NCBI GenBank assembly: GCA_001661245.1
Contig: KV454011.1
Location: forward strand, 2,406,987 to 2,470,986
Direction of reading: 5' to 3'
DNA length: 64,000 bases
From: Pachysolen tannophilus NRRL Y-2460
Lineage: Eukaryota
Each line of letters starts with the position of its first letter. Positions within the stretch are counted from its first letter, which is position 1. A model generated the notes under the pieces. It ran no database searches and was not told the origin of the DNA. It saw nothing but the letters and a program-made list of their open reading frames with translations. Of the stretch, positions 42,016 to 51,027 are shown piece by piece. The position numbers were made by a program, and so were the translations under genes.

Positions 42016-42945
42016 TTTGAAGATTTTATAGCGGGAAACTATATGAACACCAACAACGAAGACTTGTGCCAGTTCACAAGTGTCTTTGATGAAGAGAATC
42101 ATGGATCTCAAGAGCATCACGAGTCTTGTAGATGTACTGAGTGTCTTGACAATAGTGATTTACTTCTAGATTTGGAAAGTAATTTCAATACTTTGCCAGA
42201 TTCATCTTCTCCCAACACTCCTTTGACACCTCCAAGTTCAGAGGAAGATTCCTTAACAAATGAAGATTGGAAAACACTCAACGAGTTTATTCTGCAAGAG
42301 TTCCCAGAAGAAGCTAATTCTCAGGGTAAGGTTACCCCTGCTCAGACTGAAAACAGACTGGCAGATATGGAGAACGAAGCTGATTCTGAAAACTTCGATA
42401 AGTTACTAGAAGAATTAGAATTACACTTTGAGCAATCATCATCAGCTTCTGAAGATACTACACAAAATGGACTTTACGGGTTAGAGTACTATAGAAGACG
42501 TAATCATTTCAGGCTTAGTGACATGCCACGAGGTGAAGTTTATCAATACGAGATTTCTCCTAAAGCAAATAAATCACGCTACGAGCCTCAAATCTTGAGA
42601 AGAAAAGGCGCAAAGAGATCATCTACCGAAGGTTTATGTCCATACTGCGAACATATTAATTTTTTGAAGTTAAGCTCTTCAGCTTACTTGCATCATTTAG
42701 GAATGAACCACGGCATTTTCTCCAATGGAGAAAAAGTCAAGGAACCAACATTTGAAGAAAGACAAGAACTTAGCAGTTGTGGGAAAATTAAAACAATAGC
42801 AGGTTTCAGGTGCCCATACGAAAACTGTAAAATCGGCCACATCAAGGTCCCACAATTCAAACCTATACCTAGCAAAAACAGATACAAGAACTACCTTAGA
42901 CATTGCAAGTTTTGCCATAATCAAGGTAAGAAATTTAAACATTAA
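41995..42945 (+). CDS. Acidic zinc-finger protein with a DUF4451/Rua1-C-like domain, copy 2 (316 aa)
   Basis: ATG 41995 in AAAATGG context (MDPMDLSFEDF...). Near-identical direct repeat of 33881-34801. Confidence 0.7.
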   Translation: MDPMDLSFEDFIAGNYMNTNNEDLCQFTSVFDEENHGSQEHHESCRCTECLDNSDLLLDLESNFNTLPDSSSPNTPLTPPSSEEDSLTNEDWKTLNEFILQEFPEEANSQGKVTPAQTENRLADMENEADSENFDKLLEELELHFEQSSSASEDTTQNGLYGLEYYRRRNHFRLSDMPRGEVYQYEISPKANKSRYEPQILRRKGAKRSSTEGLCPYCEHINFLKLSSSAYLHHLGMNHGIFSNGEKVKEPTFEERQELSSCGKIKTIAGFRCPYENCKIGHIKVPQFKPIPSKNRYKNYLRHCKFCHNQGKKFKH

Positions 42946-43073
42946 CAAATTATTATGGGGTTTTTTTTGGTTTTTTGTTAGTTTTTTAGTTTTTTTAGTT
43001 TTTAGTTTTCTTAGTTATATAGATAGATCTTACTGATAACAATATTAATATAATTTGAATTATACCACTGATA

Positions 43074-43739
43074 ATGTCCGAATCGATTTATGACTTAGAG
43101 TCAGCAACAATTGACTCAATTAGAGATTGTAATATTGCAATTGAAGAACCTGAATATGTTACCAAGAAGATTAAACGTTCTACGCAGACGCAAGCTTTAA
43201 TTGATAGCTTAAAGCTTATGGGTCATCCCGAAGGCGGTTTTTTCAAAGAAACCGATAGATCACCATTTACAATGGCTTCTCCATATTTTAACAATCCAGA
43301 GATCAAGAGTGATAGCACAACGGCCAAGACACCAACGAGATCATATTCCACGTTAATATATTACTTGATAACTCCAGAAGCACCATTAGGTAGATTACAC
43401 CGGAATCATTCAAGAATCATACACATTTGGCAAGGGGGAAGAGGTCAATACGTCTTGATATACCCAAATGGTGAAATCAAGACATTTAAAGTTGGTCCTA
43501 ATATTGAAAAAGGTGAGGTTATGCAATGGGTAGTTCCAGGAGGAGTTTATAAAGCTAGTTTTCTTGTACCTGAAGATGAAGACACAGGTGAATCCGAACA
43601 CGACAAGTTATTGATCAGTGAGGTTGTTGTTCCAGGTTTTGAATTTGAAGACCATAGGTTCATGAAGGATCTAACCGAACTAGAGTCTTTGGTCGGTAAG
43701 GATAAGGCATCCAATTTAAAATGGTTATTAGGTAACTAA
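43074..43739 (+). CDS. CFF1: Cupin-superfamily DUF985 protein (YML079W/Cff1-like)
   Basis: L.GHPEGGFFKETDRSP, STLIYYLIT, H.N.SRIIHI.Q.GRGQYVLIYP.G, QWVVPGGVYKASFL, LISEVVVPGFEFEDH. Confidence 0.88.
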   Translation: MSESIYDLESATIDSIRDCNIAIEEPEYVTKKIKRSTQTQALIDSLKLMGHPEGGFFKETDRSPFTMASPYFNNPEIKSDSTTAKTPTRSYSTLIYYLITPEAPLGRLHRNHSRIIHIWQGGRGQYVLIYPNGEIKTFKVGPNIEKGEVMQWVVPGGVYKASFLVPEDEDTGESEHDKLLISEVVVPGFEFEDHRFMKDLTELESLVGKDKASNLKWLLGN

Positions 43740-43948
43740 CTATTAGTTAACTAACAATTAGGTAAGATGGGTGGAGAAGAGGTGGAGGTAAGTTGAGAGG
43801 GTTGTAACCCTAATTCAACAAACAAAATAACAAAATGCTAGTCACAATTATTAATTTATAGCACGCAACAGTAAATAGGAGCACTATGATTTGGAACTTT
43901 CCTTTTTTGAATTTTGGGATTTGAGAACACGACAAATGATGAATAATT

Positions 43949-43979
<31 letters not shown>

Positions 43980-44096
43980 ACCTTTATGGGTTTGGTTGGG
44001 TGAAAAATTTATTGTAACCAAGTTAAATATTAATAAAAAAGTTTTATATTTTTATTTTAAAGATAGCGTTAAAGAACAAATTCTAAACTATAGAAG

Positions 44097-44925
44097 ATGG
44101 CTACCGAATTAACTGTTCAATCAGAAAGAGCTTTCCAAAAGGTATGTTATAATCATGAGTACAGTAAGCAGTGGATGGATAGATAGATTGATACAGAAAT
44201 ATGAGATTATTCCCGAGATGTAATATGTATTAGTATTAGATGTCAAGAATATGTTTTAAATTAGTATTATAATATTGAAATTACAAGTATATTGGAGGCA
44301 CCACAAGATAATATGAATGTGGAAAATAAATATTGAAATTTGAATCTAAGTATTGTTGTAATGGGAGAATTAAAATTTGAATTTTTCATTTATTTTACAA
44401 ATTTATGAATTTTTTACTATCTATTCAAGGGAACTGTTAATTTGATCATAGAAGTTTATATACTAACTGAATTTTATTTTTATTTTTATTGATTTATAGC
44501 AACCACATATCTTTACCAACCCAAAGGCTAGAGCCAACAGACGTACCAAGAGATGGTTTAAGGATGTCGGTTTAGGTTTCAAGACTCCAAAAGAGGCTAT
44601 TGAAGGTCACTACATTGACAAGAAATGTCCATTTGCTGGTTTAGTTTCAATCAGAGGTAGAATCTTGACTGGTGTTGTTGTTTCAACCAAGATGCACCGT
44701 ACCATCATCATTAGAAGAGATTACTTGCACTATGTTCCTAAATATAACAGATACGAAAAGAGACACAAGAACTTGGCTGCTCACGTTTCCCCAGCATTCC
44801 GTGTTAACGAAGGTGACATTGTTACCGTTGGTCAATGTAGACCAATCTCAAAGACTGTTAGATTCAATGTTTTAAAAGTTGCTTCATCCACAGGTAAATC
44901 AAACAAGAAATTCTCAAAATTCTAA
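44097..44925 (+). CDS. RPS11: 40S ribosomal protein S11 (uS17), one intron, 156 aa
   Basis: Exon 1 44097-44141 ([15 protein letters not shown]), intron 44142-44499 (GTATGT...TACTAAC at 44461...TAG), exon 2 44500-44925 (QPHIF...YIDKKCPF...[11 protein letters not shown]...). Confidence 0.98.
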
Positions 44926-45619
44926 GAAAAATTACAAAAATCTATTCGGTTTTTCTCCCTCTCTTTTTCCCTCTTTCTTTCTCTCTCACACTCAAGAATG
45001 AGTAACAGTGAGTGAGTAAGTGAGAGTGGGAAAGTGAGTGAGTGTGTTTTAGTTTCAAGTTTTGTGTGATTTTATTATTTTTATTTGTTGATGACAAAAT
45101 GGTGAAAAAATGAAAAAAAAAAGTTAAATAAGTAAGAATTATTAATACATATATATTAAAAAAGATCTACAATATTATAGTAGCTGAGATCCCAGAATCT
45201 CAACCTTTAAACCTTTTTAAGCTCAAACCAATGGCCAACTCTTATAAACTCTTGTACCCATAATACAATACAAATAAAAAAGACCAAAAACATAGTCGTG
45301 CACCATATTGCACAAATCCTGTTTCGGAAAATTGGATTTTCGAAAACGAAAAAAATTTTCACCTTCTTTTGAAAAATGTTAAGTAAGTTAATTTTGACCA
45401 TATTGGCTTTCTTAAAAAGACATATATATTAACAGGGTAACTTTTCAAGATAAGATAAAGTTAATTTGTGATTTTTTTTCTATTGAATTTTTCAGATCAT
45501 CTTTGTAGCTATAGTTGTTCGAGAAGTTTATTTGTTTTAAAAGTTATTTTGTAATTTTTTTGTAAAGTGTGGGTGAGAAAAAAGAGAAAAAAAATTTTGG
45601 TTTCTCATTTGAGGTAGAT

Positions 45620-47911
45620 ATGTCGGAGAATCATCAACAAGAAGAATTCGGTAATGAATTGGGAGGAGCAAGAGCTTTATTACAATTGGGAAATAAGATT
45701 CAACCAAATGAAGTTGATGTTGAGGCAGCTGTGATGAAGTTGGTTGGTGGGATAGAAAGTGCAAGTAATGGTGTACATGGAGGGCATACCGGTACCGGTG
45801 GCACTAATATTAGCAATGTTGGTAATAATATGATTAAATCCAATGGTAATAATAATAATAATAATAATAAGAAAAGAAGATTAGTTTTTTCAACAGATGA
45901 ATTGTCGAATTTGAATGAGTTTCAACAATGGACTGGGTTTTTAGAAGAAGAGTTACATGCAAGTACTCAGAATCATGTTGATGAGGGAAATAACCATAAT
46001 GATGATAATACTGTGAATACTGTTAATGATGATCATGATGGGCATAACCATGATGAGAATGGTCATCATGAACATGTTCACGATGAGCATGGTCAGGATG
46101 AAAATGTTCACGAGGATGAGGTTGATGAAGTAAGTCCTTTCTTGAATACTGAGATCTCACATACTCCTCCTTCGAAAAGACATAGAAGAGTAAATAATAT
46201 TGGTACAAATCATGGACTGGAGAATGTCCATGATACTCATAACAACACCAATAATAACAATAAAAACATGTCGACTTTAAATGTTGATCCCGAGTTGGCA
46301 CAACTAGATACGATAACTACAGATCATGAACAATTGGTTCAATCTGCAATGATGAATGCAAATGAGTTGGAAAATGAATTTGGTCCCTTTAGTGAACACG
46401 GAGTTAGTAATTATTTCAAAAATAATAATATCAACTCGACAACTACATCTAATACGAGTCCCAACCAACAGCAACTACAAGAGCATACCACTCAAGCTGT
46501 GGTTGCTGCTGCTCAACAAGCTGCTCAACATATGGCAAATCAAGGTGGTGCTGGATTCAACAGTAGAAATAATGGTAAAATACCAAAATTAACTAAATTA
46601 CAAGAAACTCAACAACTACATCAACTTCGACAACAACAACATCAACAACAGCAGCAGCAGCAACAACAACAACAAAAAAAGAAAAGAGGAAGAAAACCAA
46701 CTAAAAATGAAACGGTTCTTAGCTCAAACGAAAATGTACAAATAGTTAGCGATGTTGTTACAAAAGCTCAGTCTTGGTTAACTGCTGAGCAAGGACCTTC
46801 TGATTCACCATCATCTGAAAAACTACATGGAAATCACGACGGAAAACATGAAGTTGGTAACATTGATGAGAAATCATCTGTGTCTTTGAAAACCGATAGA
46901 AAAGATGAAGCTAATAAGAAATCACGTCAATCAATAAGTCAATCTAGTTCTGTACAACAGGGAAAGACTTTTACTAAAGAAGAGTGTGACTCAATTGATA
47001 CTTTCATATTGGCATATTGTGAAATTAACAATATGTCCAGAGAACAAATATGTCAAAGAATATGGTCAAATATGAGACAAAAGGATGATTTTTGGGAATC
47101 TTTACAAAAAGTTTTACCAAGTAGATCAAGGGCCTCATTATATAAACATGTAAGAAGAACTTACCATATTTTTCAAGTTAGAGGTAAATGGACTCCTTAT
47201 GAAGAACTGGAATTAGGTAAGTTAGCAGCGGAAAATCCTGGTAATTGGAAACTTATTGGTTCCATTATGGGAAGAATGCCCGAAGATTGTAGAGACAGAT
47301 TTAGAAATTATGTCAAGTGTGGCAAAAACAGATCTTCAAATAAATGGTCTGCTGAAGAAGAGAATTTATTACGTGATATTATAAACGAGATGTTACATAA
47401 TTTAGATAATGAAAATGAACCAGCTATTATCAACTGGACATTAGTAAGCGAAAAGATGAATGGAAGACGGTCGAGAATTCAGTGCCGTTACAAATGGAAC
47501 AAGTTAAACAAAAGAACCCAAGAAGAACAAGATGATGGGGATGAAACTGAAAACGAGTCAAAAAATGATTATGGTAATAATAAGAAAGATAATAATAGTA
47601 TTGCACATTCAATCCAGGATGTACAAGTAAGAAATCAAAATCTTGGAGATTCAGTAGAATCAATAGAAGTTAAACTCTGGCTATTACAACAATTGAAGTC
47701 AATATACAATAACGAGCAAGATATTGCTTGGGATATAATATTCTCATTATTCCCATTTAGTTCAACTTCCTGGAAGATTAAAAATGGAGATGACTTGAAA
47801 AAATACTTTGAATCTTTGAAATTAAAGTACCTCAATGATGCTTCAGATTGGAAAGATAAATCATTTGATGATAATTTAAATTTCTTGATCGAAAGAGTTA
47901 GCATCCAATAG
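45620..47911 (+). CDS. REB1: Reb1/Nsi1-family Myb-domain DNA-binding protein
   Basis: ATG 45620. CQRIWS..RQKDDFW, LPSRSRASLYKHVRRTYH.F..RGKWT, GRMPEDCRDR.RNYVKCG, INWTLVSEKM.G.RSRIQCRYKWNKL. Adjacent to RPS11 as in S. cerevisiae. Confidence 0.88.
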   Translation: MSENHQQEEFGNELGGARALLQLGNKIQPNEVDVEAAVMKLVGGIESASNGVHGGHTGTGGTNISNVGNNMIKSNGNNNNNNNKKRRLVFSTDELSNLNEFQQWTGFLEEELHASTQNHVDEGNNHNDDNTVNTVNDDHDGHNHDENGHHEHVHDEHGQDENVHEDEVDEVSPFLNTEISHTPPSKRHRRVNNIGTNHGLENVHDTHNNTNNNNKNMSTLNVDPELAQLDTITTDHEQLVQSAMMNANELENEFGPFSEHGVSNYFKNNNINSTTTSNTSPNQQQLQEHTTQAVVAAAQQAAQHMANQGGAGFNSRNNGKIPKLTKLQETQQLHQLRQQQHQQQQQQQQQQQKKKRGRKPTKNETVLSSNENVQIVSDVVTKAQSWLTAEQGPSDSPSSEKLHGNHDGKHEVGNIDEKSSVSLKTDRKDEANKKSRQSISQSSSVQQGKTFTKEECDSIDTFILAYCEINNMSREQICQRIWSNMRQKDDFWESLQKVLPSRSRASLYKHVRRTYHIFQVRGKWTPYEELELGKLAAENPGNWKLIGSIMGRMPEDCRDRFRNYVKCGKNRSSNKWSAEEENLLRDIINEMLHNLDNENEPAIINWTLVSEKMNGRRSRIQCRYKWNKLNKRTQEEQDDGDETENESKNDYGNNKKDNNSIAHSIQDVQVRNQNLGDSVESIEVKLWLLQQLKSIYNNEQDIAWDIIFSLFPFSSTSWKIKNGDDLKKYFESLKLKYLNDASDWKDKSFDDNLNFLIERVSIQ

Positions 47912-48028
47912 ATTTTATTCTAATTTTTTTATTACTTGTTCTCAAAATATATAGTGTGAAAAAGAGATACTTTTTTATGTGTACTTTTAGTGTTAAAATA
48001 AAATGGTGGTTATATTGTAAATTAACTT

Positions 48029-50860
48029 TTATACTGCCCTACTTTCTAATTTGCTGTTGGTAAGCGAACCTTCCACTAATCCCCTAACACTGTAAACGAC
48101 ATCGTTAATATTAACATTCGTTATGTTTTTCAAAGTGCCATAAAATTTATCAATTGAATGCAATATAACCTGTCTATCCTCCTCAAAGATATCTTCAAAT
48201 ATTAAATGATGAAAATAATTCTTCAAGTATTCTATATCAGCTACAAATTGCTGCAAGCCACAAATTCCAATTTTTTTAGTTTTCGACAGCTGATCCAACT
48301 TGATTAAAAAATTGTTCAAAATTTTTATGATGATTTTATTGATTAAGAAACTATTGTTTGATAAGTTAGTATTTGATTTTGTAGATAACTTTGCTAGCAA
48401 CCGTATTTTTGTTCTCACTATTACTGCTATAATCATTTTCAAATATTTTGAAATCGATGACAGAGGAATTTTTTCTTCTGACCACCAGTCTTTGCTATTA
48501 TCATTGCTATCATTAAACTCATCATTCAAAATATTGTTGATTTCCATATTAATTGGCTTAATCAAATTATCAAAAATTTCAATTTCCAAGTTATCTAATA
48601 ATACAAATATAGACAATTTTTCGTTAGCTAATGAAGTTTTAAAATAGAAATCAAATTTTGCAATTAAATTATTCAAAATTTTTTTGAATTTGAAAAAATT
48701 GATTAAATTTAAATAGTTATCTCCTTCATTACTGAGCAATAAGTTTTTCTTTAAGTTGGCTTCAATAAACAAATTTAAACTTCTTAAAAATTGAAATTGA
48801 AAAGTTTGTAATAAATTTTTAGAAGGATATAACTTCAACTTTGAAGAATTTTTAAGATCATTTTGGAACAAGAAATTTGAAGATATATTCAAAAAAATGT
48901 TGTAATATAGTTCAACAATATCAATTAAATTAATTTCATCATCTTCCGTTTCATCAATATCAATTTTATAAAAAAATGTCATATCATTCACTAAATTAAT
49001 CATTATTGAATTTGTCAAAGAAGAGTTAATTTTCATAAAACAATTTTTTAACAGTTCTAAAGTATAATCATTGATATTAGAGTCTACCAATTTCTGAAAT
49101 TTTTGAGAAATCTCAATCAATATTAAATTATTTTGATAAATTGTTGTGATAGAATTCGTAAAAGGTGGCAAATAACCAAATTCAAGTAACGTCCCTTTAA
49201 CCTTCTCAGGAGTTGCTTCTATATTATTTTTCTTTTCAGCCAACATGCCAAAACTAGTAGCATCTGTTTTGAAGAAATCTATCAACTTACTACAAAAGGC
49301 CATAACTAATTTTTCATTTTGAATATTTATCCTTTTAGCCTCATAATCTGTTAAATTTAAATGTTGTTCAATAGTTGAAGTTCCTCTATTAATATTTTCT
49401 TTTTTAGATAAAAGTGCATTATACTGAGATAAAAATTCTCCTTTAAGAAAAAACTCAATGATTTTCGAAAATTTAATAATATTTTCAACTAACGAAGTAT
49501 AGTTTTTAACAAAAGATAATATGAGCTTCCAGTAATTTAGAATTAACGGTAAATCTGAGAATTCACTGAAATTGTAGTGATTCAAAATTCCATCAACGTT
49601 ATTCAGTTCTCCATTTTTAAATAAAAATATTAAAAAATTGAAATCTGATATGATATTGGTATCACCATAATTTTTATTAATTTTATCTTTTGAACTTATG
49701 ATTTTGAGAATATAGTCAGTATATAATGTATTAAGATCATGCATCAAATTATCATATTGCAAATTAATGAATTCTGTGATTGGATTATCAACGACACCCA
49801 ATTCTAACAACTTGCAAATCAATGAAATGATATTATTGTCATTATTAACGTTTGATGATAAATTGAAATAATTACTGTTATTCTTGTTATTCAAACTTAA
49901 ATCGTTTAATTTAAATTTGGTAAGCTTCAACCAGGTTATTTTCTTATATTCATTTATAATACTTTCAACTTCTAACCAAATTTTATTCATTATCTTAATA
50001 TTAATTGTGTTCAAATTTTCTGATTTATCTCTCTCTAATTCATTTAAACTTTGAAGATAAAATGATGCTCCTTTATTATAATCATAAATAAAAGAGTCAT
50101 AATCTTTCAATCTGATATAATTGTTTAAATTTTTAGGTAAATTGAAAAAAAACTTGTTATGATTTATGAATAATAAAGATTGATTCAAAATATCTTCTTT
50201 TTGTTTTAAATCATTTACTGGTAGTAAAATATTATTTGATTCTTTTAAAGAATTATCCAAATTTTGTTTTAAAGAATTTAAAGATTCATACGTCTTATTA
50301 TTTTTATTATTTTTACTAAAATTGTCCAAGACATCATCTAATGAATTTTTAATATTGATAAATTTGATAAATTCCTTATTCAAAACATTTTTCAAAAAAA
50401 CTTCTCTTTGTGCAATATCATCTTTTAAAAATTCAAAATGAGTAACAAAATCTCTTTCACTTATGCTATCACCAATTAAATTACGCACATACAGAGTTGG
50501 ATTATAATTTGATGAACTCACAAAAAATTCCAATTTCTTATCATCTCTACTATCATCTATAATATCCTTATCAATCAATTCATCCACCACAGAGTCAAAA
50601 TATCCCAATGGATCAACATCGTCTTTAAGCACTTTTGTACTTGTAGTATTTTGTGATAACCGTAAATTATTCTTGGAATTGGCACTAGCGTTCGCATTGG
50701 CGTTGTCTATATTTATCAATTTCTGTAAAAGATCGTACTGTTGGCTTAGATCCTTTGTGTACTCAAACTCCAAAGAGTAAGAATCAGATGTGTAATCTTG
50801 CGGATCCAATGAGCGCAATTGATAAAACTGCTTCAAATAAGAACTCTGATCTTCCGCCAT
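48029..50860 (-). CDS. SEC5: Exocyst subunit Sec5
   Basis: N-terminal DPLG motif, FFVSSSNYNP..Y, LK..L..EF.KFI..K..LD, NKFFFNLP..L, YD.FI.DY.KG; long helical-rod composition; near CDC37/TAF10 as in S. cerevisiae. Confidence 0.8.
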   Translation of the reverse strand: MAEDQSSYLKQFYQLRSLDPQDYTSDSYSLEFEYTKDLSQQYDLLQKLINIDNANANASANSKNNLRLSQNTTSTKVLKDDVDPLGYFDSVVDELIDKDIIDDSRDDKKLEFFVSSSNYNPTLYVRNLIGDSISERDFVTHFEFLKDDIAQREVFLKNVLNKEFIKFINIKNSLDDVLDNFSKNNKNNKTYESLNSLKQNLDNSLKESNNILLPVNDLKQKEDILNQSLLFINHNKFFFNLPKNLNNYIRLKDYDSFIYDYNKGASFYLQSLNELERDKSENLNTINIKIMNKIWLEVESIINEYKKITWLKLTKFKLNDLSLNNKNNSNYFNLSSNVNNDNNIISLICKLLELGVVDNPITEFINLQYDNLMHDLNTLYTDYILKIISSKDKINKNYGDTNIISDFNFLIFLFKNGELNNVDGILNHYNFSEFSDLPLILNYWKLILSFVKNYTSLVENIIKFSKIIEFFLKGEFLSQYNALLSKKENINRGTSTIEQHLNLTDYEAKRINIQNEKLVMAFCSKLIDFFKTDATSFGMLAEKKNNIEATPEKVKGTLLEFGYLPPFTNSITTIYQNNLILIEISQKFQKLVDSNINDYTLELLKNCFMKINSSLTNSIMINLVNDMTFFYKIDIDETEDDEINLIDIVELYYNIFLNISSNFLFQNDLKNSSKLKLYPSKNLLQTFQFQFLRSLNLFIEANLKKNLLLSNEGDNYLNLINFFKFKKILNNLIAKFDFYFKTSLANEKLSIFVLLDNLEIEIFDNLIKPINMEINNILNDEFNDSNDNSKDWWSEEKIPLSSISKYLKMIIAVIVRTKIRLLAKLSTKSNTNLSNNSFLINKIIIKILNNFLIKLDQLSKTKKIGICGLQQFVADIEYLKNYFHHLIFEDIFEEDRQVILHSIDKFYGTLKNITNVNINDVVYSVRGLVEGSLTNSKLESRAV

Positions 50861-51027
50861 CCTCTTTTAAAACTACTAATATATAATTAAATATATATAT
50901 ATATATAACTTGTTTTGATATTGATTTCAATTTCAATAGTATATTTTATATTGAGAAAGATAATAAACCAAAAACGTAAATAAAAAATACAAAAAATGGA
51001 GCTGTACACAATTACCTAAATAGGAAG

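Noticed and set aside
33881..42945. Direct repeats as LTRs, or inverted repeats as transposon TIRs
   Set aside because: The repeats are a protein-coding gene and its promoter. No TG...CA ends, target-site duplication, gag/pol or transposase seen, and the enclosed genes are ordinary cellular genes.
45088..45190. TGATGA...CTGA pair downstream of the RPS11 hairpin as a snoRNA
   Set aside because: Interior is poly-A/AT-rich terminator-like DNA with no plausible guide sequence.
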